Positions 9,727 through 20,026 of a stretch of 64,000 bases of DNA are shown here, in pieces. A program made the translations under genes and the position numbers. The stretch lies in the NCBI GenBank assembly GCA_947626735.1, contig CANQTK010000002.1, positions 5,551 through 69,550 of the forward strand. The letters are read 5' to 3'. The notes below the pieces were generated by a model. It was not told where the DNA came from. It searched no databases and saw only the letters and a program-made list of their open reading frames with translations. The stretch comes from an uncultured Clostridia bacterium (GTDB lineage Bacteria > Bacillota > Clostridia > TANB77 > CAG-508). The first letter of the stretch is position 1; every line of letters starts with the position of its first letter.

Positions 9727-12700
9727 ATGGACGAATTAGAAATGTTTGATAAAATTAAAATTGGCTTAGCATCAGACGAACAAATTAGAGAATGGTCAAA
9801 GGGAGAAGTTAAAAAACCAGAAACCATTAATTATAGAACCTTAAAGCCAGAAAAAGATGGTCTATTTTGTGAAAGAATATTTGGACCAACCAAAGACTGG
9901 GAATGTCATTGTGGAAAATATAAAAGAGTAAGATACAAAGGCATTGTCTGTGATCGTTGTGGAGTAGAAGTAACAAAATCAAAAGTAAGACGTGAAAGAA
10001 TGGGACATATTGAACTTGCTGCACCAGTAGCACACATTTGGTACTTTAAAGGAATTCCAAGTAGAATTGCTTTAATGTTAGATATCTCACCAAGAAACTT
10101 AGAAAAAATTGTTTACTTTGCTTCTTACATCGTAATTGATAAAGGTACTTCAGGATTAATGAAATGCCAAGTATTAACGGAAAAAGAATACCATGAAGCA
10201 GTTGAAAAATATGGAAGCGGAAGCTTCAAAGCAGAAATGGGAGCAGAAGCACTAGAAAAATTATTAAAAGAAATAGATATTGATAAACTATCTGCTCAAT
10301 TAAAGAAAGAATTAGAAGGAGCTAGTGAGCAAAAGAAAGCAAAACTAATTAAAAGATTAGATACGGTAGAATCTTTTAGAATTTCAGGAAACAGACCAGA
10401 ATGGATGATTATGAATGTAATTCCTGTTATTCCACCAGAATTAAGACCAATGGTACAATTAGATGGTGGTAGATTTGCTACTTCTGATTTAAATGACCTA
10501 TACAGAAGAGTTATTAACAGAAATAATCGTTTAAAAAGATTAATTGAATTGGGAGCACCAGAAATTATTAAAAGAAATGAAAAAAGAATGCTTCAAGAAT
10601 CTGTAGATGCTTTAATTGACAATTCAAGACGTGGTCGTCCTGTTACCGGTGCTGGAAATAGACCTTTAAAATCTTTATCCGATATGCTAAAAGGAAAACA
10701 AGGACGTTTCCGTCAAAACTTACTTGGAAAACGTGTTGACTATTCTGGACGTTCTGTTATCGTAGTAGGACCAGAACTAAAATTATATCAATGCGGTCTT
10801 CCAAAAGAAATGGCAGTTGAATTATTCAAACCATTTGTGATGAAAGAATTAGTTGGAAGAGGATTAGCTCATAACATTAAAAATGCAAAAAGAATGGTAG
10901 AAAGATTACGCCCAGAAGTATGGGATATTCTAGAAGACGTTATTAAAGATCATCCAGTAATGCTAAACCGTGCGCCTACTCTACACAGACTTGGTATTCA
11001 AGCATTTGAGCCAGTATTAGTAGAAGGTAGAGCGATTAAATTACATCCATTAGTATGTACCGCATTTAATGCTGACTTCGATGGTGACCAAATGGCAGTT
11101 CACGTTCCATTATCACCAGAAGCACAAGCAGAAGCAAGATATTTAATGTTATCTGTTAATAACCTTCTAAAACCACAAGATGGTAAGCCAGTAACCGTTC
11201 CTACCCAAGATATGATTTTAGGAAGTTACTACTTAACTATGGAAGTAGAAGGGGAAAAAGGAGAAGGAAACTACTTCTCATCTCCAGAAGAAGCAATTAT
11301 CGCTTATGAAAATAAAGATGTAGGAATGCATGCTAAAATTTTCGTTCGTATGAGTAAAAAGGACGAAGAAGGTAATGAGAGACATAAAAAAGTAGAAACA
11401 ACAGTAGGAAGAATTATATACAACAAAGGAATTCCTCAAGATTTAGGCTTTGTGGATAGAACCAATCCTGAAAATGAATTTGAACCAGAAATTAACTTTG
11501 TTGTAAACAAGAAAAAACTAGGAAAAATCGTAGAAAAAAGTATTAACCAATATGGTTTAAGTCGTTCTGCAGAATTACTAGATTATATTAAAGCAACTGG
11601 TTTTAAATATTCTACTACAGGTGGTATTACGGTTTCTATTGATGATGTAAAAGTACCAGAAGAAAAGACAGAAATTTTAGCAAAAGCACAAGAACAAGTT
11701 GATAATGTATTAAAACAATATAGACGTGGTTTAATTACCGAAGAGGAAAGATATCAATCCGTTATTAAAATTTGGGAAGAAGCAACAGACGAAGTAAAAG
11801 ATGCCATGAAAGCAAACTTTACACAGTTAAACCCAGTATTCATGATGTCTGATTCCGGTGCTCGTGGTAACTTAGACCAATTAAAACAAATTGCAGGTAT
11901 GCGTGGACTTATGGCAAGTACTACTGGTAAGACAGTTGAAATTCCAATTAAATCATCTTTCCGTGAAGGACTAGATGCACTAGAATATTTCATCTCTGCC
12001 CATGGTGCTCGTAAAGGTTTATCTGATACCGCATTAAGAACAGCAGACTCTGGTTACTTAACGAGAAGATTAGTAGATGTTTCCCAAGATATTATCGTAA
12101 GAGAACATGACTGTGGAAGTCATGACGGCATTACCTTATCTGCTATTAAAGATGGAAATCAAGTAATTGAAACATTACAAGAAAGATTAATTGGACGTTA
12201 TCCATTAGAAGATGTTATCCACCCAGAGACAAAAGAAGTGATTGTCGATACCAATACCATGATTAACGACAAAATAGCCGATAAAATTGTAGAAGCTGGC
12301 CTTGAAGAAGTAAAAGTACGTTCTGTATTTGGCTGTAGAACCAAAAACGGAGTATGTGCAAAATGTTATGGTATGGGCTTAGCAAGCCGTGAAGAAGTAA
12401 ACATTGGTGAAACGGTTGGTATTATTGCAGCACAATCTATCGGTGAGCCTGGTACACAGCTTACCATGAGAACCATTCACTCTGGTGGTGTTGCTGGTGT
12501 TGCCGATATTACCCAAGGTCTTCCTAGAGTTGAAGAATTATTTGAAGCAAGGAAACCAAAGGGACTTGCAATTATCTCTGAAATTGATGGTAAAGTTAAA
12601 ATTAACGAAGATAAAAAGAGAAAGACAGTTGTTGTAACAAGCAAAGAGGACAGTAAAACGTATGTCATTCCATTTGGTTCGAAACTAAGAGTCAAAGAAG

Positions 12701-13275
12701 GAGACGAAGCAAAAGCAGGTCAGCCATTAACCGAAGGTTCTATAAATCCAAATGAACTTTTAGCCATCAAAGGACCAGACGGCGTTTACAATTACTTAGT
12801 ACAAGAAGTACAAAAAGTATATCGTAACCAAGGTGTTGACATTAACGATAAACACATTGAAGTCATTGGTAGACAAATGCTTAAGAAAGTAAGAGTAGAA
12901 GACAATGGAGATACCAACATGTTTGCAGGTTCTTTAGTAGATATGTATGAATTTGAAGCAAACAATGAAAAAGCAATTGCAGAAGGAAAACGCCCTGCAA
13001 CAGGAAAACGTATCTTACTTGGAATTACGAAAGCTTCTCTTGCAACCGATAGTTTCTTATCCGCAGCCTCTTTCCAAGAGACAACAAGAGTATTAACAGA
13101 AGCAGCAATTAAAGGTAAGGTAGATGAATTAATTGGACTAAAAGAAAATGTTATTATTGGTAAATTAATTCCTGCCGGAACGGGACTAAATAAATACAGA
13201 AATACGCATATTAGTACCGAGCAAGAAGAAACAGGAACAGAAGAAAATCAAGAAGAAACAGCAACCGTAGAATAA
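9727..13275 (+). CDS. rpoC: DNA-directed RNA polymerase subunit beta'
   Basis: 1182 aa with zinc-binding [23 protein letters not shown] catalytic motif and conserved trigger-loop region. Confidence 0.97.
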   Translation: MDELEMFDKIKIGLASDEQIREWSKGEVKKPETINYRTLKPEKDGLFCERIFGPTKDWECHCGKYKRVRYKGIVCDRCGVEVTKSKVRRERMGHIELAAPVAHIWYFKGIPSRIALMLDISPRNLEKIVYFASYIVIDKGTSGLMKCQVLTEKEYHEAVEKYGSGSFKAEMGAEALEKLLKEIDIDKLSAQLKKELEGASEQKKAKLIKRLDTVESFRISGNRPEWMIMNVIPVIPPELRPMVQLDGGRFATSDLNDLYRRVINRNNRLKRLIELGAPEIIKRNEKRMLQESVDALIDNSRRGRPVTGAGNRPLKSLSDMLKGKQGRFRQNLLGKRVDYSGRSVIVVGPELKLYQCGLPKEMAVELFKPFVMKELVGRGLAHNIKNAKRMVERLRPEVWDILEDVIKDHPVMLNRAPTLHRLGIQAFEPVLVEGRAIKLHPLVCTAFNADFDGDQMAVHVPLSPEAQAEARYLMLSVNNLLKPQDGKPVTVPTQDMILGSYYLTMEVEGEKGEGNYFSSPEEAIIAYENKDVGMHAKIFVRMSKKDEEGNERHKKVETTVGRIIYNKGIPQDLGFVDRTNPENEFEPEINFVVNKKKLGKIVEKSINQYGLSRSAELLDYIKATGFKYSTTGGITVSIDDVKVPEEKTEILAKAQEQVDNVLKQYRRGLITEEERYQSVIKIWEEATDEVKDAMKANFTQLNPVFMMSDSGARGNLDQLKQIAGMRGLMASTTGKTVEIPIKSSFREGLDALEYFISAHGARKGLSDTALRTADSGYLTRRLVDVSQDIIVREHDCGSHDGITLSAIKDGNQVIETLQERLIGRYPLEDVIHPETKEVIVDTNTMINDKIADKIVEAGLEEVKVRSVFGCRTKNGVCAKCYGMGLASREEVNIGETVGIIAAQSIGEPGTQLTMRTIHSGGVAGVADITQGLPRVEELFEARKPKGLAIISEIDGKVKINEDKKRKTVVVTSKEDSKTYVIPFGSKLRVKEGDEAKAGQPLTEGSINPNELLAIKGPDGVYNYLVQEVQKVYRNQGVDINDKHIEVIGRQMLKKVRVEDNGDTNMFAGSLVDMYEFEANNEKAIAEGKRPATGKRILLGITKASLATDSFLSAASFQETTRVLTEAAIKGKVDELIGLKENVIIGKLIPAGTGLNKYRNTHISTEQEETGTEENQEETATVE

Positions 13276-13280
13276 AAAAA

Positions 13281-13316
13281 AGAAGATTTGGAATAAATCC
13301 AAATCTTTCTTTTTTC
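13281..13316 (+). terminator. intrinsic terminator (AGATTTGGA/TCCAAATCT stem family)
   Basis: AAGATTTGGAataaATCCAAATCTTtcttttttc. Confidence 0.7.
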
Positions 13317-13400
13317 TATATAAAATTATGATTTTCCTAAAAGAAACTTGTATAATCTAAAAAACAAAGATATAATAAAGCAAAAGGAGAAGAATAAAAA

Positions 13401-14681
13401 ATGAAAATATTAATCAAAAATGCTACTCTTATTTCCATGAGTGAAAAAAGAGAAAAAATAGAAAACGATAAAGATATTAAAATAGAAGATAGTAAGATTA
13501 TAGAAATTGGTAAAAATTTAAAAGAAGATGCCGATAAAATCATGGATGCAACAGGAAAAATAGTCATGCCAGGATTTATTAACACCCACAGTCATGTACC
13601 AATGAGCATCTTTAGAGAAACCGTAGATGGCTATAACTTGCAAGATTGGTTAAATAAAAAAATATGGCCTATGGAAGATAAATTAACAAATCAAGATATT
13701 TATGAAGCATCTTTGTTATCTTTTCTAGAAATGATAGAAACTGGAACAACGACCATTAACGATATGTATTTTATGACAGAAGAGATTATCAAAGCAGCAA
13801 AAGTTTCTAAAATAAGATTACAAACATCTAAAACTTTAATGGGACAAAATGATGAGGCTGGAAAACAAAGAATACAAGAATTAGAAAAATTATTAAATAC
13901 TTATGAAGGAAAAGATGAAAGAATTACTTTTAATATTGGAATCCATGGTTTATATACTTCTTCCAGAGACTACATCAAGCAATGTGTTCATTTTGCAAAA
14001 GAAAGAAATTTACCAATTCATCTTCATTTTTGTGAAAATACAAAAGAAGTAGAAGATATCAAAAATGCATATAATGCCACACCAATACAAGTATTAGAAC
14101 AAGAATTTACAGGACAAAAATTAATTTTGGCTCATTGCGTAAAATTAACGAAAGAAGAAATAGAACGATTAAAAAATTTAAAGGTAAGTATATCACATTG
14201 TCCTGTTAGTAATTTGAAATTAGGTTGCGGTATTGCGAACATTTTTGAAATGGTAAAACAAGGCATTAATGTAACATTAGGAACAGACGGACAGGGAAGC
14301 GGAAGTAATTTAGATTTATTTGAAACAATGAAATATACGGCTTTACTTCAAAAAGGAATACAAGAAGATGCCACTTTATTACCTGCTTATGAAGTATTAA
14401 AAATGGCAACCATCAATGGAGCAAAAGCATTAGGTTTAGAGAGCAAAATAGGAAGTCTTGAAGTAGGAAAAAAAGCGGACTTAATTGTACTAGATTTACA
14501 AAACAATGCCGTAACAAATCCTATTAATGACTTATGTTCAGATATTGTTTATAATGCCAAAGGAAGCAATGTTATGACCACAATTATTAATGGAGAAGTA
14601 GTAATGGAAAATAGAAAAGTATGCTACCCAAAACAAGAAATTTATGAAAAATGCAAAAAAATCATAGAAAGAATTCAGTAG
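13401..14681 (+). CDS. mtaD: amidohydrolase, 5-methylthioadenosine/S-adenosylhomocysteine deaminase-like
   Basis: 426 aa. GFINTHSHVPMS metal-binding HxH motif, HLHFCE, GTDG; MtaD/SsnA-like layout. Confidence 0.7.
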   Translation: MKILIKNATLISMSEKREKIENDKDIKIEDSKIIEIGKNLKEDADKIMDATGKIVMPGFINTHSHVPMSIFRETVDGYNLQDWLNKKIWPMEDKLTNQDIYEASLLSFLEMIETGTTTINDMYFMTEEIIKAAKVSKIRLQTSKTLMGQNDEAGKQRIQELEKLLNTYEGKDERITFNIGIHGLYTSSRDYIKQCVHFAKERNLPIHLHFCENTKEVEDIKNAYNATPIQVLEQEFTGQKLILAHCVKLTKEEIERLKNLKVSISHCPVSNLKLGCGIANIFEMVKQGINVTLGTDGQGSGSNLDLFETMKYTALLQKGIQEDATLLPAYEVLKMATINGAKALGLESKIGSLEVGKKADLIVLDLQNNAVTNPINDLCSDIVYNAKGSNVMTTIINGEVVMENRKVCYPKQEIYEKCKKIIERIQ

Positions 14682-14807
14682 AAACTTTAATTAGTAAAGG
14701 AAATACAAGTGATAAAAAAGAACGTAACAAAGGCTTTTAAATTTGACAAATAAGCCAAAAGAGAGTAAAATAAAGAGAGTCAAAATATAAAAAAAGGGAG
14801 CTTTTAT

Positions 14808-16841
14808 ATGCCGAATAACACCAATAGAAAAATCTTTGATAAACTAATATCAAAGACAAAGATTTATCTATGCATCATTGCTATATTATTAATTATCTTA
14901 TGTTATTATGAAGTAAATTTTATTACACCATCTATTTTAGTGTATGTATTAATTGTGATGTATGCTTATTGGACAAACAATAAAAGAAAAGCAGAATTAT
15001 CACAACATATTAAAGAGTTAACATTAACAGTAGATAATGCAGCGAAAAGTACATTAATTAATTCACCATTTCCATTAGTAATTATTGAAACGGATGGCAA
15101 CATTATTTGGAAAAGTTCAAAATTTATTCATGAATTTGCTAACATTGATATTAATAATTATTTAAGCAATATAGTAAAAGAAATAAAATTAGAAATTGAA
15201 AAGGAAAATCAAGAAGAGAAAAAAGAGCAAGAAGATTTCATTTATAAACAAATTAAAATTGGAGAAAAAACTTATAAAGTAGTAGGAGAATATGTAAAAT
15301 CAAAAGAAAAAGAGAAGAAAAAAGAAAATGAATATATGACTACTTTATACTTTATTGATGAAACAGATGCGATTGCTTTAGAAAATAAATATCAAGATGC
15401 TAAACTTTGTGTTGGACTGATTATGATTGATAACTATGAAGAAATGATACAAAGAATACCAGACGAAGATAAACCAATATTAACAGCAACCATTGAAAAA
15501 AAATTATATGATTGGGCAAATGAGTTTGAAGGTTTAATTATTAAAGCAGAACGAGATACTTTTGTAATTTTACTAGAACAAAAATATATGACAAAATTAG
15601 AAGAAGAAAAATTTCATATATTAGATGAAATAAAGGAAATTGAAATTCCTGGAAAATTACAATCTACGTTAAGTATTGCTATTTCTTTAGAAGGAAATTC
15701 GAACTATGAAAAATATAAGTTAGCACAAGCCATGATTGACTTAGCTTTAGGTAGAGGTGGAGACCAAGCCATTCTTCGAAAAGAAGGAAAATACCTTTTC
15801 TTCGGAGGAAGGGCCCAAGAATTAGAAAAAAGAACAAAAGTAAAGGCAAGAATTGTATCTCATGCGTTAGAAGAATTAATCGTGGAAGCAAGCAATGTAA
15901 TTGTAATGGGGCATATGAATAGTGACATTGATGCGATGGGAGCAAGTCTGGGAATTTACCGTTTAGCCAAAACCATGGGAAAAGAAGCTTATATTATCAA
16001 TGAAACAGCAAGCTTTGGATTAGATACTTTTGTTGAAAATGCAAAACAAGAAGAAGAATATCAACAGGCTCTTATTCGTAAAGAAGAGGCTTTTGAAAAA
16101 ATCACACAAGATACATTACTAGTAGTGGTAGACACTCATAAAACGACCTATGTAGAAGTACCAGAGTTACTAGAAAAAACGAATAAAATTGTTGTCATTG
16201 ACCATCATAGAAAAAGTACAGATTTTATTGAAAATACTATTTTAACCTTCCACGAAGTTTATGCCTCTTCTGCTTGTGAATTAGTAACAGAATTAATTGA
16301 ATATTCGGAAAAAAACATTACTTTATCACAAATTGAAATTGAAGGTTTATATGCCGGAATTATGATGGATACCAAAAATTTTACTTTTAAAACAGGGGTT
16401 AGAACTTTCGAGGCAGCAGCTTATCTTCGTAAATGTGGAGTAGATATTATTAAGGTAAAAAAATGGTTCCAAAGTGACTTAGAAACCTACCATAAAATAG
16501 CAGATATTGTAGCAAAGGCAGAAATTGTAAAGGAAACCATAGGAATTTCTGTTTATGATATAGAAGACCCAAATGGTAATATTGTTTGTGCAAAAGCGGC
16601 GGATGAACTTTTAACTATAAGCGATATCACAGCTTCTTTTGTCATTGGAAATTTAGGAGAAAAAATTGGTATTAGTGGACGTTCCATTGGCAATATTAAT
16701 GTGCAAGTCATTTTAGAAAAATTAGGTGGCGGTGGGCACATCACACTTGCCGGTGCACAAGTAGAAGGTAAGACAATAGAAGAAGTAAAACAAGAATTAA
16801 TGAATGCAATTAATGAATATTTTGCTGAAATAGAACAATAG
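14808..16841 (+). CDS. gdpP: cyclic-di-AMP phosphodiesterase GdpP (DHH/DHHA1, YybT family)
   Basis: 677 aa. Two N-terminal TM segments, PAS-like and degenerate GGDEF regions, DHH (GHMNSDIDAMG, VVDTH, DHH) and GGGH DHHA1 motif. Conserved position upstream of rplI-dnaB. Confidence 0.85.
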   Translation: MPNNTNRKIFDKLISKTKIYLCIIAILLIILCYYEVNFITPSILVYVLIVMYAYWTNNKRKAELSQHIKELTLTVDNAAKSTLINSPFPLVIIETDGNIIWKSSKFIHEFANIDINNYLSNIVKEIKLEIEKENQEEKKEQEDFIYKQIKIGEKTYKVVGEYVKSKEKEKKKENEYMTTLYFIDETDAIALENKYQDAKLCVGLIMIDNYEEMIQRIPDEDKPILTATIEKKLYDWANEFEGLIIKAERDTFVILLEQKYMTKLEEEKFHILDEIKEIEIPGKLQSTLSIAISLEGNSNYEKYKLAQAMIDLALGRGGDQAILRKEGKYLFFGGRAQELEKRTKVKARIVSHALEELIVEASNVIVMGHMNSDIDAMGASLGIYRLAKTMGKEAYIINETASFGLDTFVENAKQEEEYQQALIRKEEAFEKITQDTLLVVVDTHKTTYVEVPELLEKTNKIVVIDHHRKSTDFIENTILTFHEVYASSACELVTELIEYSEKNITLSQIEIEGLYAGIMMDTKNFTFKTGVRTFEAAAYLRKCGVDIIKVKKWFQSDLETYHKIADIVAKAEIVKETIGISVYDIEDPNGNIVCAKAADELLTISDITASFVIGNLGEKIGISGRSIGNINVQVILEKLGGGGHITLAGAQVEGKTIEEVKQELMNAINEYFAEIEQ

Positions 16842-16890
16842 TAAATAGTCAACAAATAGGAGAATAAAAAATCATTCAGGAGGTCAATTC

Positions 16891-17337
16891 ATGAAAGTAA
16901 TTTTGTTAGCAGATATAAAAGGAGTAGGAAAAAAAGACCAAATTATAAATGCAAGTGATGGCTATGCTAGAAATTATTTATTTCCTAAGAAATTAGCGAT
17001 AGAAGCAACCAATGACAATCTATTAAAATGGAAAGCAAAACAAAATGGAGTAGAGTATAAAAAGTCAGTAGAAAAACAAGAAGCCATTAACTTAGCCAAT
17101 CAATTAAAAAATATTTCCTTACAAATAAAAGTAAAAGCAGGAGAAAATGGAAAAATCTTTGGTGGCGTAACAACCAAAGAAATTGCGGAAAATTTACAAG
17201 CACAATATCGTATCGAAATTGATAAAAAGAAAATCAATTTAGCAGAAACGATAAAAATGCTAGGAACAATAATGGTAGACATTAAATTATATGAAGGTGT
17301 CATAGGAAAGTTAAAAGTACAAATTGTAGCAGAATAA
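16891..17337 (+). CDS. rplI: 50S ribosomal protein L9
   Basis: 148 aa. [36 protein letters not shown] is canonical L9. Confidence 0.95.
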   Translation: MKVILLADIKGVGKKDQIINASDGYARNYLFPKKLAIEATNDNLLKWKAKQNGVEYKKSVEKQEAINLANQLKNISLQIKVKAGENGKIFGGVTTKEIAENLQAQYRIEIDKKKINLAETIKMLGTIMVDIKLYEGVIGKLKVQIVAE

Positions 17338-17348
17338 CCTCATACTAT

Positions 17349-17460
17349 TGTCTCTTTGGGGACGTTTCCTAAAGAGACATAATAAAATCGAAAGGAATAA
17401 ACTAGATAAAAAGAATATAAAAAGACAAATGTCTCTTGAGAAAACGTCCCTAAAGAGACA
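17349..17460. repeat. REPIN-like doublet: two inverted hairpins TGTCTCTT(T)-GGGGACGTTTCC-AAAGAGACA
   Basis: Copy 17349-17379 and inverted copy 17430-17460 (reads GGGACGTTTTC on the minus strand), about 50 nt spacer. The loop motif is shared with 747-757 and 21839-21850. Confidence 0.75.
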
Positions 17461-17476
17461 CTTAAAGGAGAAATAC

Positions 17477-18808
17477 ATGGAAGTAGGAAAAGTACCACCA
17501 CACGATACAGAAGCAGAACAAGCAGTAATAGGAAGTATGCTTACGGATAAAAATGCTATTATTTCTAGCATTGAAGTACTAAAAGAAGACGATTTTTATC
17601 GAGAAGATCATAAAACAATTTATTCTGCCATTTTAAATTTATATAACCGTGCCGAGCCGGTGGATATTATTACGTTAAAAGCAGAACTAGCCTCTCTTGG
17701 AAAATTAGAAGCAATTGGTGGCTTAGAATATTTAGCTGAGCTTCCAGATAAAGTGCCAACTACGGCGAATGTCGACAAATATATTAAAATAGTCGAAGAA
17801 AAATCATTACTTAGAAATTTGCTAAAAACAGCTAACGAAATTATTAAATTAGGTTATGATGAGACACAAGAAGTAGATTTTCTAATGGACCAAGCAGAAA
17901 AGAAAATTTTTGATTGCCTTCAATCTAGAAACCAAAAAGGCTATTTTGCCATTAAAGATATCTTAGTAGATACTTTTACAGAATTAGAGCAATTATATAA
18001 TCAAAAGCAACATATTACTGGTGTACCAACAGGTTTTGCAGACCTAGACTATAAAACAGCTGGACTTCATAATTCTGATTTAATATTAGTCGCAGCAAGG
18101 CCAGCTATGGGAAAATCAGCTTTTGCGTTAAACATTGCAAGCTACGCAGCAACAAGAGCAAATGTGCCAGTGGCTATTTTTAGTTTAGAAATGTCAAAAG
18201 AACAAATGGTAAATAGAATTTTATGTAGCGAGGCTATGGTAGATAGCAGTAAAGTAAGAACAGGAAAAATTGACGAAGAAGATTGGACAAAGCTTGCGGA
18301 AGCTTCTGGTAAATTATCAGAATCCAAAATATTCATTGATGATACCCCTGGCATTTCTATTATGGAAATTCGTGCAAAATGTAGAAAGCTAAAACTAGAA
18401 CAAGATATTGGACTAGTAGTAATTGATTATTTACAATTAGTGCAAGGAACAGGAAAAAGAGGAGCTTCTCGTGAACAAGAAATTTCAGAAATTAGCCGTT
18501 CTTTAAAAATTCTTGCCAAAGAAATTAATGTACCAGTCATTGCCTTATCACAACTATCTAGAGCGCCAGAGCAACGTCCAGACCATAGACCAATGCTTTC
18601 TGATCTTCGTGAATCAGGAGCAATCGAGCAAGATGCAGATATTGTTATGTTTTTATATCGTGACGATTATTATCATGAAGATAGTGAAAAGAAAAATATA
18701 GCTGAAGTTTCTTTGGCAAAGCATCGTTCTGGTTCTACAGGAACAGTGGAATTATTGTGGCTTAGTAATTACACAAAATTTGCTAACATTGAGAAATATC
18801 GAGAATAA
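17477..18808 (+). CDS. dnaB: replicative DNA helicase
   Basis: Start moved to ATG 17477 (AAAGGAG 7 nt upstream; MEVGKVPPHDTEAEQAVIGS is the canonical N-terminus). Walker A GKSAFALN; the upstream 43 codons of the ORF lie in the repeat element. Confidence 0.93.
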   Translation: MEVGKVPPHDTEAEQAVIGSMLTDKNAIISSIEVLKEDDFYREDHKTIYSAILNLYNRAEPVDIITLKAELASLGKLEAIGGLEYLAELPDKVPTTANVDKYIKIVEEKSLLRNLLKTANEIIKLGYDETQEVDFLMDQAEKKIFDCLQSRNQKGYFAIKDILVDTFTELEQLYNQKQHITGVPTGFADLDYKTAGLHNSDLILVAARPAMGKSAFALNIASYAATRANVPVAIFSLEMSKEQMVNRILCSEAMVDSSKVRTGKIDEEDWTKLAEASGKLSESKIFIDDTPGISIMEIRAKCRKLKLEQDIGLVVIDYLQLVQGTGKRGASREQEISEISRSLKILAKEINVPVIALSQLSRAPEQRPDHRPMLSDLRESGAIEQDADIVMFLYRDDYYHEDSEKKNIAEVSLAKHRSGSTGTVELLWLSNYTKFANIEKYRE

Positions 18809-18887
18809 AGGAAAACAAAGAAATAAACAGTAAACAAAATGTGGTAAAAAGAGTTAGCTTTTTACCACATCAATTATTAGGAGAAGT

Positions 18888-19895
18888 ATGTTAGAAGAAA
18901 AAGTATTCAACACAATACAAAAGTATGAATTAATAGAAAATGGAAATACTATTATCATAGGTGTATCTGGCGGGCCAGACTCTATGGCATTATTAAATTT
19001 GCTTTCTTCTTTTAAAAAGAAAAAGCAAATTGAAATGGACCTTGTTGTAGCGCATATCAACCATGGAATTCGAAAAGAAGCAGAGGAAGAGACCAAATAT
19101 GTAGAAGATTTTTGTAAGAAAAAAGGAATTCCTTGCTTCGTAAAAAGAGAAAAAGTGGAAAAACTAGCAAAACAGCAAAAAATGGGAACAGAAGAAGCTG
19201 GTAGAAAACTTCGCTATGAATTTTTTGAAGAAGTTGCTAACAAATTTAAGAACGTAAAAATAGCAACTGCTCATAATGCAAACGACAATAGTGAAACAGT
19301 GCTCATGAATTTAATAAGAGGAAGCGGTTTGACAGGGTTAAAAGGAATAGAAGCAAAAAGAAATCACTATATAAGACCACTGATAGAATGTACGAGAGAC
19401 GAAATTGAAGAATATTGCAAGCAAGAAAACTTAGAGCCAAAGTATGATAAAAGTAATCAAGAAAATATTTATACCAGAAATAAAATAAGAAATATTTTAC
19501 TTCCTTTATTAGAAAAAGAATTTAATCCTAATATTGTGACTTGTTTAAATCGCATGTCACAAATTGTAAAAGAAGAAAATGAATACATTCAAAAACAAGT
19601 AGAGAAAGTTTATGAACAAATATGTATACAGCAAAAGGATAATATTGAATTAGATTTAAAAAAATTTAATGCACAAGACAAAGTCATAAAAAATAGGCTT
19701 GTGTTATATACTATAAATAAATTATTAGGAACTAGTCAAAACATTGAAATGGTACATATTACAGATATTATTAATCTTTGTCAAAACAATATTGGAAACA
19801 AGTATTTAATACCAAATAAAAAAGTAAAAATATTGGTAAACAAAGGAAAAATTTTTTTTGAAAAAAGAAACGAAGCCGAAAACAACCTTCCGTAA
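18888..19895 (+). CDS. tilS: tRNA(Ile)-lysidine synthetase (short form)
   Basis: GVSGGPDS PP-loop and AHNANDNSETVLMNLIRG motif. tilS-ftsH linkage as in other Firmicutes. Confidence 0.85.
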   Translation: MLEEKVFNTIQKYELIENGNTIIIGVSGGPDSMALLNLLSSFKKKKQIEMDLVVAHINHGIRKEAEEETKYVEDFCKKKGIPCFVKREKVEKLAKQQKMGTEEAGRKLRYEFFEEVANKFKNVKIATAHNANDNSETVLMNLIRGSGLTGLKGIEAKRNHYIRPLIECTRDEIEEYCKQENLEPKYDKSNQENIYTRNKIRNILLPLLEKEFNPNIVTCLNRMSQIVKEENEYIQKQVEKVYEQICIQQKDNIELDLKKFNAQDKVIKNRLVLYTINKLLGTSQNIEMVHITDIINLCQNNIGNKYLIPNKKVKILVNKGKIFFEKRNEAENNLP

Positions 19896-19946
19896 GAGAA
19901 GCCTTGATATAACAAGCTTTGAAGGCAAAAACTTTTCAAAAAACAC

Positions 19947-19975
19947 TTGCCAAGTAAACATTTATATGGTATAGT
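19947..19975 (+). promoter_or_regulatory. sigma-A-like promoter with extended -10 upstream of ftsH
   Basis: TTGCCA (19947-19952), 17 nt spacer, TGgTATAGT (-10 at 19970-19975). Confidence 0.5.
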
Positions 19976-20026
19976 GCAAGGGTAGAAAAATCCATTTTAG
20001 ATGAATGGAAAAGGAGGCAAACAAAA

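Noticed and set aside
17348-17476. N-terminal extension of dnaB in the ORF track
   Set aside because: It reads through the REPIN-like repeat. The canonical DnaB N-terminus and a good RBS are at 17477.
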